Assembly (NCBI GenBank): GCA_965649825.1
Contig: OZ287695.1
Location: 1,413,188-1,477,187, forward strand
Reading direction: 5' to 3'
Source: Penicillus capitatus
Taxonomy: Eukaryota > Plantae > Chlorophyta
Length of the DNA: 64,000 nucleotides
This document shows, in pieces, positions 37,444 through 49,909 of this stretch. Positions within the stretch are counted from its first letter, which is position 1, and each line of letters begins with the position of its first letter. The notes beneath the pieces are model-generated. The model did not search any database and was not told the origin of the DNA. It saw only the letters and a program-made list of their open reading frames with translations. The translations under genes and the position numbers were made by a program.

Positions 37444-40236
37444 ATGTTGCAAGCGGTTCTGCAACACATCGAAAGCCATGAGGTCATCGCATACCCTCAC
37501 ACGGTATCGTATGAGGCGATAGAACGTGGCTCAGGTGCTGACGACGTCATCACTGGATCGCGTCCTCGACTCCCTCGCCGATGCTGAGAAAGAGGTTCTA
37601 CAGTTGTCGTGTTTACTGTTTCTGAAAGGAAACGGTTGGTGTGATTTTCGAGATCGAAGGGGAGGTTTATCAATGGCTGGTTCAGGTTATCGAAGGGCAA
37701 CCAAGAATGAAGGAACTGGAGGTTTTGGAATCGTCTTTAGAGATGTTGGCACAGAGCAATCATCGCGATGTCGACAAAATAGAATCCCTGAAGGCACTGT
37801 TGACCGATTACAAGTGGCCAATCCACTGTGGGTCAGCGGTTTGCACAAGGCGTATGGTTTCAGGACGGGCGTCCAAGATATTGCCAAGGCTGAATGCGAT
37901 CTGGAGCGTATGCAATTTGATATAAGAATGGACGAGCAGCTTTCGATGTTTGGCCAGCTGAAAGAAAAAGGTAAGTGAGAGCTCAGATATGTGGAAGATG
38001 TTATGCGAAATGTATGCGATGCAGGACAGTACAGCGAAGCGGCTTGGTGTCTCATAGGAATGCAGAGGATGTTGACAGAGTGTGACACAGATCTTCCAAA
38101 CAGACAGACACACGATGAGCGCGTCAAAGAGCTGATCGACGAGATGCAGCGCGTAGGCACAAGACATGCTCACTCTGTTGTTACAAGACGGATTGCTGCA
38201 GAAATTGAAGCAGTTCTACACTTCCTGTCTTGTGGTGGAACCAGAAAAGCAACGGTTGATGATCAACCTCAGCCATTCCAGCGACGGAGTAGACCTGACA
38301 GAGATATGGAAGGCTTCAGAGGTCCTGGGAACAACAGAAGCAGCCCTCGAGAATATCACAGGTATCTATCTGCCTGCAGCGTTTGAAGGCATATCCGTCT
38401 TTTCACTCTTGCACAGAGAAGGCAGAGTCGCTTCTCGACGATATCGTGCTTGAAGCAGACTTTGAGGGATCTCGTCTTGACACCAAAAATGAAGCTGTTG
38501 GAAAGGATGTTCATTTCTGTTGGTCCCATCACAAGAGCGAAGACAAACTGCAAGCAGTTCTCAGTCGACTGAAGGCCGTCGAAGCCTTTGCAAGTCTACT
38601 GGAGAACGTCCTCTTTGTCAAATTTCATAGCTTGACCCAGATCGCAGGGAGCAGATTGTGGCCAGATCTGCAAGACCGACTGGGAAGAAAGGCAAATGAT
38701 CATCTGCCTGTTTCCGGATACCAGTTTGGACGTTTAGGTATTGTCGGTGGGCGAAACCCTGGAAGAGAACGAACAACTGCTTTTTCTGGAGACGGTCTTC
38801 AGAGAAGCCATATCTCTAGAAGGAACATTGAAATGCAGTGGTTTTCTGAGCGAAGGTGTGTATACAACGACTGTTTCTCCCAGACGTCTCTTCCATTACT
38901 GTGTTTGCAGAGGACTCATGTTTCTCGTCGAAGATCTCGACAACCTCAAAGACGGCCTTTCAGAAGTTTTCAGAGAGATACGTTACAGAAGCACGTGATG
39001 CCTTGACATCTCCCACCTGGGACACCCTCAGTGTTGGAAAAGAAGCCGTGCTGGATAAGAACTGGTTGCAACAGCAATGGACGAGTTCTGTGTGTGAGTG
39101 GACAAGACAGGACTGCTCAGCGGGATTGGATTTTTTGCATTCTCCTCTTGGTCGGGGTACCTATCAAATCACAGAGACCACTTCTCAGATTCAGCAAACA
39201 ATCGAGACAGCGGCAGCAGAGGGATGCGAGAAAGGCACGCTGGTGCTGCAATCACTTGTGCAGGGGATTCGAGATATCTGCACACTGTATGGACGGATGT
39301 TCCCTTCGCTTTTTCGGAAAGAGATGGAAATTCCGCAGCTGGGGCTGCTTTCAGCAAACGATTTTTTCTACCTCAGCACTGCATTGTTGGTCTTGCCATT
39401 CGTGGTGCCGAATTTCAAAGAGATGGCACCGAACACCAACTTCACTAAAGAAGCACAGGAATTGCGTTCTCTTGGGCAGCGCCTTATGGAAAAGCAGGTA
39501 ACATCTGCTGCAGATCCGTGTTCTGTGTATTTCAGTTCTGTATTCAGGTTGCTGTTCAGAAGAAGGCCCTGCAGGAGATCTTGTCTCAGGCAGGTGACTT
39601 CGGCCACATCAAAACTGGACAGCAGGGCATTGCTCTGCGAAAATCTATGCAGCAGTTGCTCCGAATGCTTAGACAGCTGGGAGGTGTGCTGAAGGATGTC
39701 CTCTGTTTATCTGACCGTCACCGAGTTGCCGTTTCAGTAACCGAGGTACCATTCTCTTGACGCCAGCATCGTTTCTGCAATAAGCTTTCTTTCAGGCCAT
39801 TGCAGCACCCATTCTGACGAAGCTGATGTCCCGAACAGACATCTCTGCCCAGGAGAGCCAGGAATTACCGAAGGTTGTTCGATCGCTGTTGGACGAAATA
39901 CCATCCGCGATCTTAAACGTACCCCAGACGGCAGTCGACATGTTCACCGCGACTGCTCCGAATCCTCAAGCGGTGAATCTCGCGACAATGGAGTCCACGG
40001 GGAAAGACTGGCTTCTCTACAAACATTACGCAGAGGGCTGCCATTCCTACCGCAAACTGCAACGTCTGCTTCGAATTTGGGAGGCCAAGCTGGATCCGAT
40101 CGTACAGTGGTGGACAGCTGGGTTACTGACAACAGAAGGCTTTACAGCCGAAGAGATTCGCAATCTCATATGGGCACTCTTCGAGCACTCCGACAAAAGA
40201 GAGGACGCGATTGCGATGATCACACGAACAGTTTGA
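37444..40236 (+). CDS. ZW10: ZW10/Dsl1-family kinetochore/ER tethering protein, multi-exon
   Basis: Helical protein with NDFFYL, ELPKVV, KLQRLLRIWEAKL and the C-terminal FTAEEIRNLIWALFEHSDKR typical of ZW10. Confidence 0.75.
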
Positions 40237-40279
40237 GGTATGCGACGCCTCTCGGAACGATCCACGTCGTACGAACGTC

Positions 40280-43200
40280 ATGACTCGGCAGAGAAGCAAT
40301 GAGTTAACTGGTCTTAAACTTGCCATACATTGGCGGCGGAGCGATGCAGCAGAGATTGGTGCACGTGACGTTGCTGTTCTGAAAGATTCCTTTACTGACA
40401 GACCAGCACCATTCGACGCTCTCATTGATTGCTTTCGGAAGAATACATCTCACGCACTGCGCGTTTCGTCGACAGACGGCGCCGGATCCGTCGAGGATCT
40501 CTGGAATTTGGGCGAGGGTGAATTGCATGCGGGGGACCTCGGATGAAGAGCGGATGTGCTTTCGGCTTTGTCCATGACGACGTCGTGAATGGACTGCGCT
40601 CTTACGGCAATTGGAAAGTACGTGCGTGTCGTTCTGAACACTGCCTCGGTGAATCGTTCCCCGACGATGGACAGGCGCGTCAGGGCGCGATGGATGCGTT
40701 GCTGCTGACGATTGAACAGACGGACTTCGAGGATAGCGATTCGCGAATTGAGATTCCTGAGTTTCTGGAATTTCTGCTCTCGCTCATGGACGATCCAAAC
40801 TTCAAGATCAAACAGGGGAGCATCCGAACCCTGCACCTGTTCTTGCGAAAGATAGGACAGCGAGTCGAGTATTATCTAAGGTCGGTCGGAGAAAGGACAG
40901 TGGGCATTTCTGTATGATGACGATGACGGGTAGGAATCTCTTGCCGAAGCTGGCCGGAAAGCTCTCGGATCCGAAGGACTATGTACGCGAGGGATGCATC
41001 GGCGTCTTCAAAGCAATCTCGGATAGTATTGGCTCAGTTAAGCTGTTCTTGCTTTTGAAGAACTGCCTGAAATCGACAACGTCTCGAATTCGGCCAGAAA
41101 TCGTGTTGCTGTATATTACTGTGAGAAGATATGCCCTGACAGATAACGAACGCACTCTATGTGTGCGATGCTGTGTATTCAGATCTTACTCGAACGTGCA
41201 AAGGAAGATGCGCTGACAGATTTGGCAGGAGAGTATCTGATGAGTGTCGCGGTGGATATTCTGAAAGAGGCATTGCTGGATGAAGAACATCATGTTCAGG
41301 AACGCGCTATCGAGGGGCTACGGTTGATGCACAGACAGCTTGGCTCAGTGGCCTTTTGGGAATTGGTGCTGGGGAAACACGCACCGCCGGATTCCGTCGT
41401 CGCTGTTCTCAGAAACCGCTGCCAACAGGATGATCCGCTGCCCTATCTCGATGAAAATGGCATTGCCGTCATTCATGTATCGTTTCTCTATCTCAGCGAA
41501 CCTCACGATACCGGAACGTGTGTTTGTTCCAGAAAACCGACGGCGCATCGAATGTGGCCCCATCCGTCTCTGCATCCCTTGCTTTGCCGTTGGCGGCGAT
41601 GAAAGCACCATCGACAAAGGCAGCCAAAGACCTAGCCGAATCAGATAAGAGCAGAGGTATCGTGCACGTGTTCGACCTCATTCGTGTGACTGTCTGGATG
41701 TGTTCGTCGTCGTTTAGTGTGTCTCCTCAATCAAGCCATGTCCCAAACAGGATCGTTGCTCGAGAAACGCCCGGAGTTGCGATCCTATCCGATCAGTGCA
41801 AGAACGTCGTGCGATAGCGAATCGGCAGAGAGCAGCGAAAAAGAGAGATCGACGACGATATCCCAACTCAGGCACAAGGATCTCGGAATCCGTATTGCCA
41901 AGCCAATTGCCGAGGAGGTTGTATTGCAACAAGAGTCTTCCGAGGCAGCAGAGAGCTCAGAGAAAGAGAAGATAGCAGCAGGTTCTCGTTCAGCTGATCG
42001 TCCAGTTCACGATCACAAGTCGCTCTTTCGTCGTCTCTTCGAAAACGCGAACAGTGTGTCTCTGTCGTTATCGACGACGGGATCTCTGAATCTGTCGACG
42101 TCTTCTTTGGATCCACGAGCTGAAGAGACAACCCTTTCCAATCCTTCAGGTGAGCCATCTCCAGACGCGCGAGCTCTTGACTGAGTAAACTTACAGTTTC
42201 GGCGACATCGAAGGCGGCCAGCGGCAGCATCACATCGAGACTCGATCGCATCGCACAATTGATACGGGAACGCGATCGCGCACAGGATACCGATAAGTAC
42301 TGCCATGGCACTGTATTCGCTCCATCTTTACGGCGATTCCTTTTGTTTAGCGATACGGCAGTGCCATCGAAGTCTGCTTCGCTGGCCAGTAAGAAACGGG
42401 AGCACCTCGATGTCTTGAAAATGAAACAGAAGGATCGCAGATCGCACAGCGCAAGTGCCGTTCTGCAAAGAAGCGAACAACGGCCGAAATGCATCGCAGC
42501 CAAACATCTGGATCACTATACACTGCCCAGTATCCAATCAAAATCGCAAGAACGTCAGCGGAGGTCTGCAGGGTCTCGCAGAAAAACGATGTGTTGCGAT
42601 GGTGTCGAGGATGACAAGACGTCCCCAAGCAGAGACCGTGGCTGGAGTCGACACATACCGACCACTTCTCATCTCTTTTCTGAAGACGATAACGACGTCG
42701 ATGTGTCGGGCTGCATTTCCTCGCCCAGTTCTGCCGTGCCAACTCGGCCAGGAACGTACGCGAGTGGCATCTCCACAGCATTCAAATCCGCACCAGGCGA
42801 TATCACCGAAACGCAGCCCTTTATTGATCCAGATGCTGTTTTGCAGTCAGCCATCGATCGGCTGAAGAGAGCAAACAACACACGGAAGAAAGAGATAGAC
42901 TGGATTAGTCAGGCAGAAGCTCTGGGCGATGCTCGTCGGCTTGTCTATCATCATCCCGTCGTCGTGAAGAAACACAAGAGAGATTTCGTCAGCGCCTTTG
43001 TCCCTTCTCTACAGCAACTTCGCAGTACGATGGCGCGGAGTGCTATTATGTTATGCCAAGAAGTCTTTGAAGCCCTCGGCGATTCTCTAGAACACGAAGT
43101 CGACGACATCGTCCCTCTTCTTCTGAAGAAGGCAGGAGAAACATCGAATGCAGGTGACTCGGTTCGCCATGAGACATGTTGGAGTGATTGGTGGCGTTTT

Positions 43201-44747
43201 GCGCAGGACGGAATACTTTTCTGGCGTCCGAGGCGGACAAAGCACTCAGTGTCATGATTCGAAACGTCAGTCCATTGCGATCGGTGACCGTTCTCCTGAA
43301 CCACGCTGGAAACACATCGAAATACGTTCGCTGCAAAGTGGCGGCGCATCTGGATGACGCCTTGGAAGGCGCGGCGGCGAAGCTCTCGGCGGATGCGAAT
43401 CTCTCACTCATCGATCGGATCTTTAAAATCGGCGTCGGCTTCCTGGAGGAAGGATCGCTCGAAACACGAACCCACGGCAAGCGTATGCTGTGGTCTCTCC
43501 GAGGATGGATCAACAGTCGCGGAGCCTTTCAGCGATTGGTGGGTCAACTCGAGTCCGAAACGAAAAGAAGACGTGTCAGGGACGTGTTTGAGCAAGCGGA
43601 CGGTCCACCTCCTTTGCCTGCAAGAAGAGCCAACGTTCATGTATGTGCGCCATCGATGCATAGATGCAATGGGATCGACATGTTTGCGTCTTAGGCTCGA
43701 CGCATGTCGAACGGGGGGAATACCTTGACGCCCTTGACGCCTTCGCTTATTCCTCCACGGAGAGTCGAGGACTGCGAGCATACATCCATCGGGGGCACCT
43801 CGGCTATCGCGTCATCTCTTGTCTTGACGGGCGTCGAGATCGATTCCATGCAGAAAGAGACGTTGTTGGACGAAACGTCGTATCGAGATGTCCAAGTGTG
43901 CACCATTCGGCGACCACCGATGCCAAAGACACGGCGACGAAATCGCAATGGACCAGCCAATGATACCTCAGTCGGTCTCTCGGACTCCGTATCGGAGATA
44001 CTGAAGAATCTCGCAGCCAAGGAATGGAGAGTACGCATCGATGCCTTGCAACAGATGAAGAACATCACTGGCAAGTTGCGTCAACTGAACGAACGTGACA
44101 TCTTGAATATCATGGACCAGCTCACACACAGACTCAGCGACGGAAACTCGAAGGTTGTGTTGGCGGCACTTGAGGTACCCGATCCGTTATTGAGGGTAAA
44201 CTAAGTAACAACGCTTGTGTTGTGCCAGACATTGAAATCTGTCTTTGAGCACATGGGGCGGACTGCCATTCCTGCACTGAACACCGTTCTCCCAGCCATC
44301 ATCTCAAATCTCGCCTCTTCTTTTGAGAGAACGCGTTTCGCTGCCGAGGCGGCGCTGGATGAGCTGATTGGCAGTGTCGACAGCATTTCCCTCGTTCAAG
44401 TACGCCACCCATCCCCTTCACCATTCGTGCAGCTAATCCCCTCATGTTGGCAGATGTTAAGTCACTGTTGTGCTCAAGCCAATCCTCGAACCAAGGCGTT
44501 TCTGCTGCAGAAACTGGAAAGCATTGCCTCTGCCGTACACAGCAGGAAGCCTCAGTTCGTTCAGAAGTACATACTGCCAGTCGCCTTCTCCAGTCTGAGC
44601 GACGTACGCCTCGATGTTCGTCAAGCGAACGCCGATCTCCTGCGATATCTCGCCCAACTCGTCGGCAAACCGTTCATCGAAAAAGCCGAAGCGCTGACGG
44701 GATCCAACCGACAACGACTGTTCGATATTTTTCAGGGAAGTTTCTGA
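40280..44747 (+). CDS. TOG-array protein of the TOGARAM/FAM179 (Crescerin) type, multi-exon
   Basis: N-terminal TOG (WK..MDDPNFKI..KLSD), low-complexity linker, TOG with LRSTMARSAIM..LLKKAG..FLASEADKAL, and a final TOG (WRVRIDAL..RLSDGNSKV). Start is 40280 or 40543. Confidence 0.75.
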
Positions 44748-45040
44748 TCGTCACGTTACACGATCATCCTCTATCCACCATCCCATACGTGGACACACTT
44801 TTCACCACTGAGTATATCCATGAGAAAACATTTTAGCAGGCTGGATGGATAGAGTCGACCAACATTCCGCCTTACAATCAATCTCAGGGATGATGCTGTC
44901 TTCAGGCAAATTCATAAACGGCATGGAGTTCGGAAATGTTAGCAATACAACCGAAGACAAAAGGCACAACGATACAGCATGCTATTCAAAACGGAGTGGC
45001 ACACTACTTACACCTGTCCAGTTTGGTTGGTGACTGTTTT

Positions 45041-45738
45041 CTACTTCATTTGTCCTTCGTGTTGCAACAAAGGGACTTTCAGCTGCTGCTGCTGTTGTTT
45101 TGCCGCTTTCTTGAGCTTCTTCTGCTGACGTCTACGGAATCTTTTCAGAAGTGCATTGGCTTGGATGAAAAACAAAACCCAAGAAGCCAAACAACTCGTG
45201 AACAGCAAGACCATGAGTATAGTACGACGAGTCTCGTTTTTTCTCGTCTCCTTATTGTCATTGGTCATGACAAACTTCCTGGTTGAGCTTTTAACGGTTG
45301 GACCCGTCGTCGTTTTCTTTTCGACGACACTGACATCGAGGTAAACGGGCTTTCCGCTAGAGCCTTCAGCAGCTAAGTGACTTAGTTGTTGAAACGCCCT
45401 AGGCACCATTCAAGATCCGTAGGCATCTCATCCGAAGCTAGGATGACACTATACCAGTTCAGCAGACGGTCAGTGTCGACGCTGGACTTTTCGCTCCGAC
45501 TCGTCGTTGCTTGCGACTGATAAGAATCCACCTCGACGACGTAACTGTTGCCATGGCTTCCTTTGCCAGCCCAATACCAACTCTGTCTCACGATTTTGGG
45601 GTTATGGCTTACCCAGCCCTAGAAACGCACACCACTGTCTAGAGAGGAAGACTGAAGTGCGCCACGAACGGTTTCATAGACGACGACGTCGGCAAAGGCT
45701 TGGGCGGAAAGAGAAAGCAACAACAAACACGCAATCAT
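45041..45738 (-). CDS. Hypothetical type I membrane protein, three exons
   Basis: Signal peptide MIACLLLLSLSAQAFA; two ~50-nt GT-AG introns keep the frame; TM ILMVLLFTSCLASWVLFFI, then a basic/Gln tail. Confidence 0.6.
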
Positions 45739-45796
45739 CGTAGGGTGCAACTCAGACAACGCAAAATGGCAAAGCAATTTGAGCGAATCGTTCGTA

Positions 45797-46427
45797 ATGG
45801 ATTCAAACGAACCACACATTGAAATGACGGTCGCTGGTCAAATGGAGAGCGTTCTCTGGTGCAGCATCGCGGCAGTTGTGCTCTATATTGGAGATGGCAG
45901 ATCCAATCTGATCACGATTGCGATGCACGATTCTCGAGTCCATCGGTACCATGGCCGCTCGCGGCCACAGATGCGCCAGGTCGACGACGTTTGACTCTCT
46001 CTGCAGAATGTGGCTCTCCGCCGCCAATGGGCTCGTCCTGTGCAACACGTGCGTCTTTCTCTATCTCTGGAGAGGGTAAGGTGTCTCGCCCAAAGACTTC
46101 TTCACGTTCGTGGTTTTGCAGGGTGCAATGCTGGAAGTGTGGTAAGACGCCGGAAGAGATGGCTCCTCTGTTACCGAAGGCTGGCGGATTGTTGCTCATA
46201 CTGAGTCTCATCGCGTATAAGAGGCATTTTGCGTCTTAAGGAAGATAGGAGGTGCTTGTAGGTATGCCAATGCATTTTGGAGTGTGTTTCACTGGAAGAC
46301 ATGCATTGTCTTGCCGCTGCTGTTTTTCTGTTTGCTCTTTGCTTTGGATCTTATCCCAGGAGCTCCTTGTGACCCAGTGACACCGTCGAAGAATCGCAAT
46401 GCGAAGGACCAGTCGAAACAAGTGTGA
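45797..46427 (+). CDS. TMEM128-like multipass membrane protein, four exons
   Basis: Spliced ESVLWCSIAAVVLYIGDGRSNL..HDSRVHR..CVFLYLW..AFWSVFHWKTCIVLPLLF resembles plant/algal TMEM128-like proteins. Confidence 0.6.
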
Positions 46428-47053
46428 TGTGTTGCGTCGTCGGACGTGGCACGCATGCAAAATGCGAAATGCCTTCAGTTCATCTTCTTTTTTTCTGGAT
46501 GGCAATACTTCGCTTTTCTTCCGCTCTTCTGGTGACCAAAGAATGATGGTTTCCTTTCTGTCGCTTCGTGGCAGTTTCAAGAGTTCTCTTCCATTGTCGC
46601 AGCGTTGTACCTTGATACTTACTCTTCATGGGAGTCATTCTGATCAAAGATGCGATATGCCTGCACTCGCCCTGGTCTGGTAGATAACGTGCAACGGATG
46701 CCTCTCAAGAGTGACATATCAAGCACCCCCGCAACAAAAAAACATCAGATAGGACGGTACACCTTGCGGCTTGGTTCTCATACTCCCAGGGGAGGAGGAC
46801 TTCCGAATCTCTCGGAGTTTGAAGCACACTTGCTATATGATATAGTCCCTGGCTCTGTGAAAGAAGTGGGTGCCGTAATGCCGAAACACCAGACGACTTT
46901 CTTTCTGCAATCCGTGTCAGAGCACAGTCACATGTCCCGTCTGTTGGATGCAGCAACTTTCTAAGCACATGTATCTGCTTGCTTTAATAGAAGAGCGCCA
47001 CAAAGTTGCTGAATTTTCTGAAAGAGACTCCTTGTATTCGTTAAAAAAATTGT

Positions 47054-47899
47054 TCATGTATCTGCAGCCGATACTGACAGAACTTCGTTTCCCAGAGACA
47101 CCCAATGATTGCGCAGATTGTTCGGCCGAGCGAAGATCTCCAGATACCTTCCGTTCGGAACTAACTCTTCGATCAGGCTGTATATCTCATCGGGTTTCTG
47201 ACTTTGCCCTCTACGCTCACTCAAGATCACATCCGATACAGGACGCAATGCTGGTTTCTCTAATCTCCCTTTCATTCCGACCAGACACACCTCCTTTGCG
47301 TGCTGCAAGTAATATCCATGGCTCTTCGCCAGACGCCGATTGACCGTGAGCTTAACCCAGACGATTTCATCCACGACCGTATAGCCCCATCTGTCAAAGA
47401 GCGTCATGGCGAAATCAAAGCTAGCATTGATGACCCAAAGGAAGAGCAGTCCCTTGGACTGGAGTCTCTCTATCGGAATATTAAGGATATCTTTGTTCGT
47501 CAACTGCCCGTAGCCCAGAGCCACGCCTCGAGTCGGATTGGATGTTGCTAACTGCCAAGGCGGGTCCATCATGATGACGTCAAACTGTCGAGTGCGATAC
47601 AGCTGACTCCAATCATAGCTGCGCACGTCTGCCAGAATAGGAATACAGTGTGGCGGGATCTCTGTGGTTAGCCAAGGCGATTCCTCGGCCCCAGTGTCTT
47701 CGTGTATGAGGGGGTAAGCAGGAGGGAAGGAGAATTCAGAGGTCAGGTATCGAATGGCCTCCCTATACTCTTCAATCCGAGCATCCAGTTCACTGTCATC
47801 GCACAGAGCCCATTCGGCCTCCTCCTCATCGTCATCGCGTTCAACGAGCGCGCGGATCTTTAGCATCTCGGATTGCGCATTCTCCTTCACGTCTGACAT
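47054..47899 (-). CDS. AMT1: MT-A70 family methyltransferase of the AMT1/MTA1 clade (putative DNA ApT N6-adenine methyltransferase), intronless
   Basis: FDVIMMDPPWQL..PTRGVALGY, DEIVWVK, KSHGYYLQHAKEVCLVG, ERRGQSQKPDEIY and YLEIFARPNNLRNHWVSLGNE match ciliate MTA1-type proteins rather than METTL3. Confidence 0.9.
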   Translation of the reverse strand: MSDVKENAQSEMLKIRALVERDDDEEEAEWALCDDSELDARIEEYREAIRYLTSEFSFPPAYPLIHEDTGAEESPWLTTEIPPHCIPILADVRSYDWSQLYRTRQFDVIMMDPPWQLATSNPTRGVALGYGQLTNKDILNIPIERLQSKGLLFLWVINASFDFAMTLFDRWGYTVVDEIVWVKLTVNRRLAKSHGYYLQHAKEVCLVGMKGRLEKPALRPVSDVILSERRGQSQKPDEIYSLIEELVPNGRYLEIFARPNNLRNHWVSLGNEVLSVSAADT

Positions 47900-47960
47900 T
47901 GTCAACCGTCTCAGGGTGGCGCAATCGTGGACATCTATCTAGATACCTGCCAAAACAGGC

Positions 47961-49851
47961 ATGGCGAATGTATTGGCTCTGAATTGCGGTCTTTGGCGCA
48001 TCGTCCTGGCGATAACGGCTCTGAAGCTGCTTCTCATACCCTCGTATCGATCCACAGATTTCGAAGTTCATCGAAATTGGATGGCCATGACCTATGAGCT
48101 TCCCCTGGAAAAATGGTGCCATCTTCGCTAGCCACGATAGAATAGAGTGGATGGCATAAAGGTATGTGGACGAGACATCGCCATGGACACTCGACTATCC
48201 TCCACTGTTTGCCTGGTTTGAATACCTGCTAGCACGATTGGCTATATTCTTCGATCCCGAGATGCTGGTCAGTAATTGCGCTTAGCATTCCGTATCCCAA
48301 TGCCTAAATGCTTGTGCGTGAAGCTAGGTCGTCAACAATCTGAACTATGATTCCGATGCGACCATCATCTTTCAGGCAAGGCACCGGCCTCGCGTAGATT
48401 CGATGTTGATGGTGTGGTCAGAGACTAACCGTCATCTTGAGTGATGCTGTGCTGATTGGAGCGACTTGGTGTTCAGCAACACGTTCAAAGATGCATCCAA
48501 AAGAGAGGCTTGCCTTCTTTGCATTAGTTGTGGGAAATGTCGGGCTGCTTATGGTCGATCACATCCACTTTCAATACAATGGCATGTTGTTGGGTACGAT
48601 GTCTCAACTGCCATCGCATTCTCTCAGGAAGGGCCTTTCAGGACTGTTAATTTGGTCGATTGTGGCGATCGAGCAAGATCGTTGTCTGCTGTCGGCAGTT
48701 CTCTTTGCTGTGTTGCTTAATCTGAAGCATCTGTTTGTCTACTCCGCCGCCGTGTTCTTTGGCTACATGCTCAAACACAAATGCCTTCGATCTGGATCTC
48801 TCCAGTGGGGTGCCTTGTGTCAACTCGCTGTTGCAGTCCTGAGCATTCTTGCATTATCGTTTGGACCTTTCCTGGTGCTTGGACAATTCTCTCAAGTAAA
48901 GGAAAGATATCAGGGATGCTGTTGTGCGAAGTGTTCTTAGATATTCTCTCGTCTGTTTCCTTTTGGTCGTGGTCTATGCCACGCTTACTGGGCACCCAAT
49001 GCATGGGCCCTCTATGCCTTTGCTGACAAGATCTTGGCATCTGCATGGAAGTTGTATCGACCATCCGTCAGCTTTTCGGAGGCCAACATGACAGGTCTAC
49101 CCGTTTCTATTGCCAAATTCGCAAGAGAGCTTTCTTAGGAGGATTGGTAGGACAGTGGTCGTTCTCCATTCTTTCAGATGTGCATCCCAAAGTCACTCTA
49201 TGTCTATCTATGGCTTTTGCTTCTATTCCATCTCTCCTTCTCTACCGCAGACCGAACAAAGACTACTTTATGGAATGCGTAGCCTATGCAAATCTGTGCG
49301 GTTTCGTATGGGGTTATCATGTCCACGAAAAAGCCATTCTAACCGTAAGCACAGAAGATCCCGACTCTGCATCCAAAGAAGCTGTCACCTAGGTACTGAT
49401 ACCTTTGATCTTCGTGGCGTTCAGAAGAGGACCAAAGCTCTTTCCTTTCCACAGAAGATATTTCCTGTTTCTCTCGACGGTGATGCATTACAGCTTGACA
49501 CCATTGCTGTACACGAATCAGGAGTATCCTATAAAGATCCTGCTGCTGCTATCCTATGCTCTCTTGGTTGCAATCATAATGCGTCCATCGACATCCCGTG
49601 ACAAAAAAGACAATACCAAAATGGATTGTCCCCTCGGCCATTGGTCCAAATCCGCACTTTTTTCAGCTCTGTTCATACTGGAGGTATGGAAGCTGCTGAC
49701 ATCGATTGCTGGTGTCGGCACGTCTTATGCGTTCCTGCCCTTGATGATGACATCTGTATTGTGCTCCTTTGGGATCTGTACGTACTGGGCAGTTTGGACT
49801 CTTTATATTCTCCAAGCTCTTTTTAATACCAAGATTAAGAAGACATTGTAG
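47961..49851 (+). CDS. ALG8: Dolichyl-P-Glc alpha-1,3-glucosyltransferase ALG8, multi-exon
   Basis: Motifs [51 protein letters not shown] and HVHEKAIL. Confidence 0.93.
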
Positions 49852-49909
49852 AGGGAGAGCAGTTTGTGATGCGGATTGCTATTGTCCGTTATTTAGAAGA
49901 TGTCGATCG

